NCBI GenBank assembly: GCA_013265495.1 | Contig: MU058824.1 | Span: forward strand, 4,865,111-4,914,489 | DNA length: 49,379 bases | DNA from: Vicugna vicugna | Lineage: Eukaryota | Direction of reading: 5' to 3' | Shown: one piece after another, positions 1 to 12,700 of the stretch | Position numbering within the stretch: position 1 is the stretch's first letter | Layout of the letters: every line of letters begins with the position of its first letter | The notes under the pieces: generated by a model | The model's input: only the letters and a program-made list of their open reading frames with translations | The model's database searches: none | What the model was told of the DNA's origin: nothing | Translations under genes and position numbers: made by a program

Positions 1-59
1 GGTATGGTATATCAAATATGAATTTTAGAAATAAAATTCGGGGAGCAAAGTGGATAGGG

Positions 60-520
60 CTAGGACTGGCCAGGGAGACAAATGAAACACTGCATGTTTG
101 TGCAGTTAAATGGTCTAGGGTGGGGACCTAACCTAAATTAGGCCAACTGGAATCCTTTCCCTGAGAATCTGGAATTGGGGGAGAGAGAACTATACCCTTA
201 CTCATTTCCGTTATAAGCCTAGTGACTTATAATGGAAATCTGAGAGTGGTGAATGACCATCTTTCACTTGGCAAATGGTCTGAGTAGTAGAGAAAACCAA
301 TTCCCTAGAAGCATCAATATGTTGCATGGAAAGGACTCAAATCTAGACACAGAGACTACTCTCCAAGCTCTTGGGGCCTTCCAGCAGCTGTTTCCATTTC
401 TTACTGAGGCCCAGCTTGATTTTTGACCTGAGTTGATGACATTCTTTCATCCATTCATATAGTCTCATTTTTGGCTATAGTGTGGGTTACTTCCTGTTAT
501 TTGCATTAAAGGATAATTTT
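60..520. mobile_element. MLT1-like LTR remnant
   Basis: tggtctagggtggggacctaacctaaattaggccaac...ttccctgagaat and terminal ctgttatttgca. Confidence 0.45.
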
Positions 521-759
521 CAAAAAGGAAAAATCATGAATTCTATACAAATATAAAATAAATCCATATTAAACTCACTAATTAATGAGAGAGCCAGTAA
601 GACACTAAGATCAGTTCAAATGAGTATTTGACTTTTAGAGATGTAAATTCTCTACCAGACAAAATTAATTTGCATCACCAGTAACAGGAATCATTTGCAT
701 TGTTATGGGCAGAAATATCTTACATTATTATCCGTATTTGAGCAGATCTGAACTTTAGA

Positions 760-1010
760 AATCTCATTCTAGTAGGAGTGTGGATACTGAATTAGAGGAA
801 GGTAAAGAGACCAGTAAGGAGACTGTAGTAATTATGATGAGAAATGAGAGGGTCTGAATTAGGGCAGTGGCTGAGGAGTTATACAAGAGGAGACAGATTC
901 AGGAGAGGTTTTGGGTATAGAGCTTATAGGACTTAATGATTAATTTCATGTGTCATTGGGGGTGGGGGTAAAATAGATTGAACAATCTAGGATGACACCC
1001 AGGATCCTTC
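760..1010 (-). mobile_element. LINE-2 fragment
   Basis: gagaccagtaaggagactg...gggtctgaattagggcagtggc...ggatgacacccagg. Confidence 0.55.
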
Positions 1011-1449
1011 AAATGCTGAGTCTTCTACAAACTCTTTGAATATACCTTAGAAGATTTGGGGCTAGAATTTCAGGGAAATGTTGCAGCTAAGACAATATTC
1101 CCTTGTTTCTCTGTTTCTGGCAGTGATAAAGAAGGTTATTTCCCCTACAAGTTCTTAAAGAAAAAGATGCAGGGTGAGCCAGATGGTCCTGTGACTTCTC
1201 CCTGTCCCTGAGAAGTTGTAGATGAGGAACAAGTATAAACCTGGCCTATGGAAGTTGGAATCACCTCCGTGTTTTTGCTATTGGCAGCTATTCCATCTAG
1301 CTCAAGTAAAAAGATGTCATCACTGAACCCAACTTCAGAAAGCCCCTCACAGGGCACTCTCCTGGAATCAAACAGTGTCTTGTCTGTTTCTCTTTGGACA
1401 TCTGCTTTATTCTTCTTTCTATGTACTAGATACCTTGGCCCACTTATCT

Positions 1450-1720
1450 CCATACTTATAGCAAGCCATGGCTACTTTAAAATGGAGGACCCTCTTCCTG
1501 AAACTATATGACCTTTTAGCAACCATTCTCATCACTGACTTAGTTTCTTGGAATTCTAATTCCCAGAGAGAGAAGATATATTGGGATTATATATCCACTC
1601 TTGGCCAGTTGTGGCTAGGAGTAGTGGAGTCAATTGGCATAAACATGACCACCTGGACACACTCCATCATCAGGAGCTATGTGGGAAGAGTCAGTAATCT
1701 ATAGATTTAGCACCATTGAG
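1450..1720 (+). mobile_element. possible decayed ERVL pol (RNase H) fragment
   Basis: one + frame reads LGLYIHSWPVV..SG..WHKHD...QELCGKS, reminiscent of the ERVL LYTDSWAV..WSGTWKKHD..KEIWGRG segment as I recall it. Confidence 0.35.
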
Positions 1721-2337
1721 TAAATCAATGGGCTCATTTGATAAACCAGCGCCTGCATCTTCTGTAACCAATCCACAAAGTCCTTTGGTTTTATCTTTAA
1801 AATATATTCTCTATCCATGTCTTTCTTCACTGCTTCCACCCTAGTCTAACCTACTGCAAGAGACTACTTCATGAATTTTCTGGTCATTTTTAGGTAGCAA
1901 TCAGTACTTGTTCCTGTAAGTTTGACTTGAATAATTAAGATTTCTGGACTAATGAAATTATATTTTAAAGTTCAAATTGTAACATTAAAGTGTTCCCATC
2001 TCTCAGCATGGCCCTATTGCAGGTGGCCATGTTCAGTGGGGCTTAGTCGATGTCTGTCTTTTCCTACTTATCTCTTCTTCACGACCCAGTTTGCTAATCC
2101 TCTTTCTCCAAGGTTTGAACAGGGTGGAGAGTGAAGAGATGAAGACAGTTCTTACTTGACTAATTCTGTCACAAACTAGTTTTAGTTGTTTAGCAGGTAT
2201 CTAAAGCTGACTCTCTTTTTTAGAGATTCCTTCCCTGTCAGTGGAGATATATTTCCTATACCTAATTACTTTAATGTGGGTGAATTCAGCTCCTCTAGTT
2301 GATCACTTACAACTCCTTTAGAAATCTCTAGGCATTT

Positions 2338-2516
2338 AAAACATCAACTTTATTGAAGTATAACTTACATACAATAAAATGCACAGATTTTAAGTGTACA
2401 GTTTGATGAATTTTGACAAGTATACACCTGTGTAACCAAAATCAAGATACAGAAAATCTACCTCATGCCCCTAGATGGGCAATCAGTCCCACACTCAGGC
2501 AACCTTCTGTCTACTC
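2338..2516 (-). mobile_element. short LINE-1 3' end
   Basis: actttattgaagtataacttacatacaataaaatgcacagattttaagtgtacag; perfect 18-bp TSD at 2320-2337/2517-2534. Confidence 0.8.
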
Positions 2517-2914
2517 AGAAATCTCTAGGCATTTGACAGCGTATCTCTTGCTTCCTTCTGCTGAAGTCTCCTCAACCTTTCAGATGGTCTCTCAAGATAA
2601 AGAAACCCTTACTAGGTTTCTCACATGGCCCATATCTGATCTATGGGGAGAACCCACAAATCCCTTGTTCTGAAAAACAATGCCAATCTCATCACAACTA
2701 CCTTTTCTTGCTCTGCCATAGAACAGATAGCTAATTGTTCTCTTGCTTTTTAGATTTTCCAGGCATAAGTCAGATATGAGGTCTTTGTGTCCCCCAAACA
2801 CATTAGTCATACCAATCTCTCCAAGTAATTTCCTTATAACCCTTTCAACTTGAACTAAACTGTGAGTGGGACTCAAAGCCCACTGGCAATTACTGCCAAA
2901 GATCCCTTTCCAGT

Positions 2915-3083
2915 AAGTTGGGAATTTGAAATTTGCACCTCCTGGGGAGTGATGGAAATGTTAGCTATCTTGATTGTGGTGGTGGTTTAATTGGTGTATA
3001 TTTCTATCAAAATTCATCAAATTGTACATCTGAAGTATGTATAGTTTACTGTATAGGAATCATACCACAATAAAGGTGTTTAA
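2915..3083 (+). mobile_element. short LINE-1 3' end
   Basis: gtgatggaaatgtt...tatcttgattgtggtggtgg...caataaag(A)n; 17-bp TSD at 2898-2914/3084-3100 with 1 mismatch. Confidence 0.8.
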
Positions 3084-3589
3084 AAAAATCCCTTTCCAGT
3101 GTCTGAATTTCTGGCCCTTTTTTTCAAGGTGGATGAGGCAACTAAGAGTTACAACTTGTTTTTCACACCCCTCTTTTTGCATGGTTCTTACATGATTATC
3201 TAACACCTCACTTTGGGATGTGACATCTGCTGTCTTGGATCCTCAGCAGAGACTGAGACTCAACTCTCCCAAGACGGATGTGAACGACCCGGGAGGATGC
3301 TAATTTTTCAGGAGCTTTGGGGAATATTATTGGTTCAAACTGTATTTTTATAAATGCTCTAGGTGAGAGACTATGAGTGACCACGTTTCATAAAAAGAGG
3401 CCCATAAAGTATAATTAGAAAGTAGATCCCGAAGGATAAGAGTCATTTTGAAAGGACAAGAGGCAAGTTTAGGAAAAATAAGAGGTACTTAAGTGGAAAT
3501 TCAGTGTGTATTTGTACTGGGCCAAATAAAATTATATTGAAATGAAAAATAAACTGATGGAACTTTTTTTTTAAAAAAAGGTAGTAGTA

Positions 3590-5560
3590 GATTTCATTTG
3601 TTTACTCACTAATTGAAAAACATTAATAATCCAAGTGCTAATATTCTTCCTGGTTATAGAAATACAACTATGAAACAAAATTCTTGTCCTCAAGAAGATC
3701 ATCATGGCCTAGCAAAGAAGAAAGCCACAATAAAATAAACATGTGAGGGATAATACACTCAAATTCTGGGAACCAAAAATAAGAGAATGTATAAGGTGCT
3801 CTAGTGCAAAGAAGAGGCACACAACTCAGAATAGGAAACTGGGTGTCAGTGAAGGCTCCCAGAGGAAGTGACCAAAGCCTCTGAAAGTAAAGATCAGATA
3901 GACATTAGCTACTCAAAGGAAAGAATATATTCTAAGAGGAGAGAACAAAAAGAGCCAAGATACAGTGGCTTCCGAAGATAATGGAAACTTCAGGGAACTG
4001 CAAATAATTTGGTAAGGCAGAAATGAGGGTGTGTACAGGAAGTGGCAATGAAGCCAGAGAGGTAGGCAGCACCAAGGGAGGAAAGCTATGATGAGTCACT
4101 AAAGAATTTTAAACTGACAAATGACATGATCTAGTTTGTATTTTTGAAAGATCATTCTCTGTGGTATGGATAATGGGTTGGGAAGAAGCAGAATCAGAGG
4201 GAGGGAGCCCTGGGAGGAGGATGTTGACATAATCTAGGCAAGAAACCCTGAAATCAATGGGATGGGGAAACAATAAGAGAAAGCCTTGAAGACATTTCTA
4301 AGACAGAGTATATGGAACTTGGTAACAGAACGATTGGATTAGAGGAACAGAAGGGAGCTGTCCAGAACAACCTCGAGATTTTTGGTTTGAGCTACTGAGT
4401 AGTGGTGCTATTCAGGGAAACAAGAAAAACAGAGAAGCAGACTTTAATATTCTTTCATTTCATTTCATTTGTTCATTTATTCAACAGATACTTATTAAAG
4501 GCCCATTATCTGCTGTGAATAGACAAGTAAATCAATGATTATACCGCCCTATGATAGGTGTCAGTGACAGAAATATACACAAGGGAGCAATTGAATAATT
4601 AGGATAGGTACGTAAATCACACTGAGGAATTAGGTGAGCTTCTAGAGGACACAATGCCCACTTTGAGCTTTTTTTCTTATTATTGAGGTGAAATTCTCAT
4701 AAAACATTCTCATAACCATTTTAAAGTATACAATTCAGTGGCATTTAGTACATTCACAATGTATCTAGTTCTGGGTTTTGAACAGTGACTAGGAGTTTGC
4801 TAGATGAATAAGGGGGTGAGAGAAAGCATTTTAGGATATGAGAACAGCATGTTTGATGACATGAAGACCAGAAATAGCATAATTGGAGTGAATGCAGATG
4901 GGGAAGCAGTAGAAGAGAAAGCAAGGGAAGGCCCAATAGTAAAATGTCCGAATTTTAACTTGATCCAGAAGGCATGCAAAGTTCTTAAGCTGGGGCTTGA
5001 CATGATCAAGTTTGCTCTTCAGAAAGATTTCTCTGAAAGTAGTCCTGGTGATACTTCAGATAGGGGGAAACCAGGAAGATGAGAGGGGAGATTTTATGCA
5101 GCAATCCAGGTGAGAGATGATCAAAGTCTGAACAAGGGCAATGGGAGGAATAATGGAGGGAACTGAAACAAGACATAATGAAGATGCTGAATTTACTATG
5201 CTTCATGACTTATTAGACATCAGACTATAGGAAGAGTATAGGATGATTCCTATCATTCTGCCTTGGGTGACTGGGATGATGGCAGTTAACATCCTGGGGT
5301 GAAATTTTTGGGGAAAATGTTTAATACAGGTTGGTGAGTTTCCCGAGATTCAGCCAAGTGAAGGGTCACAGAGTCAGTTCAATAAATGGATCTGGATTTT
5401 AGAAGTGAGATCTAGGATAGAGAGAGAGTTGAGAATCTTCTTTCCACTGGCAAATAAAGTCGAGTTTAGAAGTCACTCAGGAAAAGTGTACAGAGAAAGA
5501 TGTGCAGAGAACCTAGGGCTGAGCTTTGGGAACTAATATTTAAGGTGTGCAAAGAGGATA
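3590..5560 (-). mobile_element. LINE-2 fragments (two 3' ends; short L1 piece nested at ~4670-4770)
   Basis: ttcatttattcaacagatacttatt L2 tail and purine-rich L2 antisense motifs (gacatgatctagtttgtatttttgaaagatcattct). Confidence 0.65.
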
Positions 5561-5792
5561 GAGCTATATGGTTAAAAAGAATCATACTGAGGCCAAAATA
5601 GAGTTTAGCAGCAAGGGGAAGAAAAGTGGAATGGAACTGAAAAAGTAGAGAAGGCAGGGAGGGAGATATTGGTCTTACTTGAAAGGGAGTGGGTGCTGGG
5701 AGTCTACAGGCCAATGATATTGCTTGGATTAAGTTGTTATCACACTGGGGCCCCAACAGACCATACAAATCTCTCCACTCCAAAATAAGCAA

Positions 5793-5798
5793 TTTATT
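5793..5798 (-). terminator. candidate polyadenylation signal AATAAA for ATP8B5
   Basis: first AATAAA I found on the minus strand after the stop (~810 nt downstream), followed by a GT-rich tract. Confidence 0.55.
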
Positions 5799-6606
5799 AC
5801 TTCTCTATAATCTTCTTAGAAACAATTTCCCAAGTACGTACAATTTCTTCTCAGAATAATTTTATGGAATGAAGACAAATATTCACCAATATTGACTTAT
5901 GTCCCTCAAAAAGATTTTAAAAAATTCCCTACAGTCTCCCTCTCCCAGTGCTGAGACCTGAAAAAGTGTCAGTTCTCGGGTCACAGGGGTCAAAGAAAGA
6001 AGGCGGCGGCAAAGTCTAGAGCTGTCCTATCAAGGCAGGGACCATCTCCATTCTTTTCCTGGTCCAGAAACTCTCCTTTAGCTTCTTTTGACTGACTTTT
6101 CACAGCTGCTGCCTCTTTTTGCTATCTGAGCTGGCTAAAGACTCACCCTGAATTCCTCAAACCTGAGAAGGGGGCCTGGGTGAATATGTTTGTGTGGGGC
6201 ACTGGCAAAGTTTATGGTTGCTCCAGGTATAAGAAACAGGGCCCAAACTCAGATTCTTAGGTCCTATTTTCTTTTCCCCTTCCTCACATTCCCCCTCTTC
6301 ACCCATTACTTCCACATTTGTTTCTATGAATTAAAACTTGGAAGGGTTGGTAGGAGGGAGGCCTGACATCGCTTTTTCTTGAAGTGCTGTAACTCTGACA
6401 GATATCTAGGGGCTCTTTCTTTACCTTTTCCTTGCCTTACCTGGGCACAGCCTTCTAGGGAATGAAGAAACAGCTCCGGCAGTGAGAGTGGAGGGCAGAT
6501 TTATGCTGGTTTTCCAGGGACTCTAGTCCCTTCATAATTCATACCTGTTGCATGAATACAAGGGAAGAGCAATGACTGACTCCCTTTGGGGTTTCGCCAA
6601 ATGCCT

Positions 6607-6798
6607 CTACTTTTTAAAAGGAAAACTGTTTTTCTTGGGAAATTTGGCCTTCAATGTCTTGCCAGAAGTGATGAGGGCCCCAAAGCCCTGTTTGTGGGAA
6701 AATGCATAGGCAGAACGTCGAGAGCCTGCATGTTTCAGTCTGGTCCGGATTCGGGGTGGCAGTGGATGGCTCATGCAATGATGAATTCTGTCAATAAC
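6607..6798 (-). CDS. ATP8B5: last coding exon Z (192 nt incl. TAG): VIDRIHH...[21 protein letters not shown]...FPFKK*
   Basis: ctatag acceptor after a 96-bp intron; RRSAYAFSH regulatory motif; stop at 6607-6609. Confidence 0.92.
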   Translation of the reverse strand, partial: VIDRIHHCMSHPLPPRIRTRLKHAGSRRSAYAFSHKQGFGALITSGKTLKAKFPKKNSFPFKK

Positions 6799-9700
6799 CT
6801 ATAGCCAGAGCATGGGGGACAGGGGTTTTATCCACAAAGGCAAAAGCAAAGAGGGTCATGAATTATATCTGGGTAGATTCCCTGTTTTACTCACCTTGTC
6901 CACACTGACAGGCCAGAACAATGGTTTGAGAAAGTGGTACCCAATCACAGGCAGCATACAGAGGACCATGCTGAGGACAACACTCAGCCACATTTGTGGC
7001 CAGTCCAGAGTGTTCCTGGCCACACCTGTAAACAAGGAGCCAGAAGGGGAAAGGCAGAGCCAGAGCCTAGAGGAAGGAAGCTGTTAGCCAGAACTTAGAT
7101 ACCTCTTCAGTCCAAAGAAGTTATTGATTTGGAGTCAGTTTAGTCTTTGGAGAGATAACGCAAAGGCAAAAGAATTGCAGTGAGGTCCTTGGTGCAGCCA
7201 AAGTCATTGTGAATTCACGTGCCTTTGTCTTCCTCTAAAGGCCGGACAGGGCAGGAGAGGTGGGGGTAGGTTATAGGAATCCTAGAGTACTGGCCTGGAC
7301 ACAAAAAGGGATAGAGCATTTTGGGGTGGGGAAATGAGTGCCTTGACAAGAGGCAGGAGCCAACGACATCCACACATCTACTCTCTCTGTATTTTGTCCT
7401 CATCAGAATGGAGATTAGAGAGAGGAGAGTTAACATTGGAGATAAGAAGGCAATATGCCACATTAGAAAGGACATTGGATTAGGAACCAAGAGACCTACA
7501 TGTGAGTTACTTAATTTTTAAAACCTCCAGTCTCTAAAATGGTGATAATAATTCTTGCTCTGTCTACCTCATAGGATGCTTGTAAAGACCAAAATAGTTA
7601 GGACTTGAAAATATCTTAAGAGACTCTAATAAGGTAAAATATTTCCCCTAGCTAGATTTTGAGTCCTTTTAGGGCTGAGACCATGTCTTACACACATCTA
7701 TAGCCACAGAGCCTAATACACAGCTGCTCAGTAAACATTTATTAAACAGATATACTTGGATCACACTCCCACCCCAACCCCCTTGCCACATACTGGGCAG
7801 AGTCTTACCTAGGAGTTGGAAGACGTTGGGGAACATTAGGCACAAGCCATCACTGTACAGGAAGAATAAGATGCAAAAGTAGAAACCCAGGCTACCCCAG
7901 GTGAAGATGTGGCTTATCATTGTCCAGTAGGTTGTCTCCAGGGCAATCTGAAAAGCACCCTCTTATGTGCAATAGTCTATAACCTAGGACTATCCACCAC
8001 CTTCCCTCTCCAATTTTGTAAAGGAGGATGCTCCTTTCCCACCACCGCCCTTTCCTCCTTCCCTCCCTGTTTTCCAGACAGGCTCCCCAACCAGTCCCCT
8101 TACCCCACCACTGGCCACACCTGCATTGTGACCACACAGAGCAAGGAGGTCTGCACTATCGTGGAGAAGGACTGGTAGTCGGAGATTTCCTTCCCATCAG
8201 TGCGCACTGAGTTGTGAATGGTCCCCATAGGGATAAAGAACAGCACTAAGGAGCTGAAGATCCCATGCACTAAACACTTCACAAATTCCTTCTTGTTGAA
8301 ATAGAGGTTGTGCTGGCCTGGCTCATACAGCTCTGGGAAACGTAGGCTCCATGTTTCATTCACATCCTGGAAGCACCAGAGGGTAAGGAGGAAGGCTCAG
8401 GGTCTCTCCATAGAAGGTCCCATCTCCATCAGAGTAGAGGCTTCTCCCCTCACTGAGTCTGCTTGTCAGGCTGCCTAGGAGCTTCCTCATGGATTACTTA
8501 AGAAGTGGAACCAGAGAACAGAGCAGTGACCACAGACCTGTCCTGAAGTCCTACTTTCTAGGCAAGGATCTAGGTGGTGGAAGAAAGCTAGAAGGTCAAG
8601 ATTGGGGATTAAGAAAGGGGGCAATTAGAATTGGGGGTAGCTGGAAGGGAGGACTGGAGCTTGGGATGGGGAGGCAACTGGGACTTGAGTTCCCAGTTTA
8701 AGTGTTCCTTTAGTTGAGTATTCTTTGTGTCAAAAGTCAGTTGGAGAAAGTGGGAAGCCGATGGGGACGAGTTAGACCCTTGGAGGTATCTGTTCTGTGA
8801 TACTCCTCGCATACCCATAGCTACTGGGGAACTCAGGTGAGGGAACTCTCTATGTGCATGACACTGGATCATCTTCATCTCCTAAATCTGAAATTTTGGG
8901 TAACAAAGCCCAAGGCTTGTTTTGAGAGGTCGTGGATCCCTAGAATTAGACCAGTGAAGCTGGACAGGGCTGTTGAATGACACAATTTATCCTTCTTGCT
9001 GCTCTGAGGCCGGCAGCTACTTCATGGAGAATTTTCCTTCCTACGCTGATGGAGACTGGGAACCATGATCCCATGATGTCCTCTTTTAGCTACTTTATTC
9101 CTCTTTGGAGGCTCATTTTCTATTTCACATGCCCAGGACTGAAGGTTGGGGTAGAAGAGGAAGGAGAGGTAGGGCACCAGGATCCTTAATGTCCAGGGAA
9201 TTTCTCGGAGGGACACATGGTATCCTCTAGGCTTACTCCCTATGACTCAAGGTATCCTACCCACACTCCCACGCTTGGCCTGCAGGATTCTCGCCTAGGC
9301 CTCCCTGCATTGGCTTATCTCATTATCTCTCTCTGGGTCTCTCCTTCCTTGAAGCCCCTTGCTTTACCTAGACCTGTCCCCAATAACTCTATTTCATTTA
9401 ACTTTTGTACACACTCCATTTACTGCACAGCACAGTTTCCATGTTTCTCTCTACAAAGATAAAATTGACACAGGAAAACCTGGATTTCTAAAACTGATGA
9501 TTATTCTCTGTGGTAGATGATTTTTTACTTTATCCACTGATACCTCTCCAGGTGATGGGTTCCCTTCCTTGCTCTAGAAATTATTTCATTTACACTTGAC
9601 TTTGAAGAGCCTGACTACTGCTGTCCTCCTCACTTCTGGGAATACTCTGCCCTGTGGCTTCAGCACTAACTAAGAGGCTTGCTGCTGCTCTTACCTGGTC

Positions 9701-12700
9701 AAAGAGACTCAAGCCCAGGACAGGGAGGGAGGTGTAGACCAGGTTGTAGAAAGTGATAAACCAGGTATCATAAACTGTCTGGAAGAATACCAAGGAGATT
9801 TCTTAGATTCCTCTCTTCTCCAAGTCTCACTCAGCTCCACCTCCCAGGTCCAAGAGAACTTCTGCCCTCCACCTACCCACCACCACGCTAACCTAGAGAA
9901 GGGTTGGATTTCTAAAATCTGATTAAGAAGGTTGACCCCACACTCTATATGGTCATATTCTATTTAGATCCCTAGTTCCCTTGTCCCTGGGACAAGGCCA
10001 CATCAAATCTGACAAGGCTGATTTGAACCAACCCTACCATGACCTGTACTGCTCCTCCCTGCAAAGAAAGGACCCAGAGTGGCTGCTAGGCAACGCTAAC
10101 TGTACCCCTGTATCTCTAGGCATGTAAGCCTCTGGACTCTTTTCTTTATCTGCTTTATGGTATTCAGCAGTTTCTATAACACTGGACACTTTCTATCACT
10201 GGCAAGCAGGATACAGTCAGTGATCCTTCTTCAGCTGGGCCCTTCATCCTGGGCTTAGAGAGGGCTCCTTTCCTTACCAGCCACAAGAGGTCAGCAGCAA
10301 CACATACATACACACACGCCTCCCACAAACCAGACTGGCTTTGTTAGATGCTGGGGAAACACAAGCCTACTACTGTCTGCTGACTGGTCTGCTTCCCCTG
10401 GAGCCCAAGGTAACAAAGGTAGTAGGGATCACCCAAGATAATCATTCCTGAGGTTGTTTCTCATTGGGAATCCTTGAGATACTCCTGAAAAACTTCTCAT
10501 AGGAAAAGGGACTTCTTGTAGAACATCCAAATCCAAGTGTCAAGTCTTGGAGGTTGGGGAGATTTTATATTGATTAGAGCAACAATAGTGTATGTTTGGT
10601 GGGGTGGTATGTCTGGGTGAGGAAGGAGAAGTAAAGGGAAGCTGTGTTTCCAAGTACGGCTACAGGAGAATGCTATAAGCAGCCTGTTTGGCAAGACCCA
10701 AAGGCCCCTTGCAGCTTAACCTGTTCCATAAAGGTTACTTTGGAGCCTAAAAAAAAAACCTCACAGATCCAGGAATCTCACCCATCACCTCCATTACATA
10801 TATTTGGAAATTCTAGGTCTCTATGTCAGGGAAAAATGTGAAAATGTCTTATGGGAGAGTTCTGAAGGTAGGAATCAGTCAGAGCCAGGACAGAAAAGTT
10901 AAGGGTTTAGAAACCTACGGTTAAGTGTAGGGTTAGGTGATGGGGTCAGCATGGGTGAGGAGCTTTATGGAGGGATGGTAGCATGTTGTATACGGGTCTC
11001 TGAAGGAGAAAAGGGGTCTGAGCTGGCTGACACAGGGGGTGATTAGAAAAGACTCAGCTGGCCAGAGTGGAAATACCACCTGGCCTCTCACCTGAGCAGA
11101 GAACCCGCTGTAGAAGGCATACCAGAAGTGCACCAGAGTGAAGGCAAAGTTTTTGTAAAAGAAGTAGCTGAGAAACTTGCACATGCGATTATAGGACCAG
11201 CGGCCGTGGACAAAGAGTAGACGCTGAAGATAGCAGAACTGAGAGAAGGCGAAGTCGCTGTTGAGCATGGCCTGCATTCCCTCCTGACCGCTGATGCCGA
11301 CTCCAATGTGGGCAGCTGCAAAGAAACCCCAGAAACTTCTCAGCCACAGAGCTTGTTTTCTGGGGAAGTATAAAAGGAAGGCTGAGATCAACATGTATAA
11401 ACGCTTAATATACATTTGAAAAACACTGGTGGGGACAGCTCAAAGTGGCATTAATACATGGGGCCTTTTCTCCTCAGTGGATTGCCCCGCTCCCACAGGT
11501 CAGAAAACAGTGCCTTCATCTGCACTTTGTTTTGCACGCTGCCACTTAAGAACTCCTGGTATGGGTAGTATTAGGAAACTGTCCTCGGTGATCTCTGCAC
11601 CTACCATAGACATCTAGGCTCTTTCCTACTGTCTAGATGCTAAGGCAAAAATTTCTTATTATCCCTTGAAGCCACTTAAATCAATTAAATGGATGGATGT
11701 CAATCTAACACAGTATTTAATTACCTAAATTTATCTAAGGATCTAAAATCCAACTATTGGGAGGAATAAGTGATGTACATACTTTGCTGGTGAGAAACAA
11801 GTTCTTCAGGAGGTCTAAGGTGACTTTTTCTGGATAAAGCAAGGAATATGCTTGATGGAAGATAAGACTTAGGTTTCTAAGAGTTTTAATTAGTTGTAGT
11901 ATAGGCCAAATTCGCTGGTCTTCTAGTATATACTTCTTGCACTGCTTAACAGAATAACTGAAGCCTCTAAGGCCATAAAAGCTAAAGAAGCTCTAGAAAC
12001 TGAGGAAGAGAGCAAGAACACTTCCTAGTATTCAAACAAGCTGAGGCTGGACTATCTGCTAGTGTTTCCAGTATGGGGAAAGCAGCTGGACCAGGGGACA
12101 TCTAGATGTTGTCTGTATCTCCAGAACCACAAGTTGCTGGAGGCTAAGAGCATTCAGCTGAAATTACCACTAGTTTCAGTCATTTGCTTCCGTTGGTCCG
12201 AAGCATCAGTAAGTTTGCTATTCTTCTCCAGCCAGGGGAGTCAGGGCAAGCTCTTGGGAATATTGCCTCAGAGAGGAAAGGATCTCTGCATCAGGCCTCA
12301 CAGCTAACTCCCTGGTTGGGCAGCCCTGTCTTCTGCCTAACATTGATCAGTCCTACCACCTTTAAAGAAGGAACAGACCATGACTTTGGCCCAGTGGTCC
12401 TTTCTGTGGGCTTTGATGCCTCCTCAGAAAGATGGTGTTGTAGTTGCACAGCCTGTTGTCCTGTGAATATATGCATGTGTTTCTGCTGGAGCCACAGGTT
12501 ACCTGTGTGTGTATGAGTGTTACGTACATGAATCATGTGTGTATGCATGACTGTGGATATGGGCTGATGTAATCATGTGCAAGTAAGTGGGAATTCAGAT
12601 GTAGAGGATCATGAATAGAGTTGCAAAACAGTATAAATGTACACTACACATGATATGCAGGAGTGTGAGCCAGAAACACAATGCCACCCATATCAGTTTC

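Noticed and set aside
1145..1704. ORFs of 102, 87 and 78 aa as a separate small gene
   Set aside because: No recognisable domain or splice structure; they overlap on both strands; more likely decayed retroelement or chance
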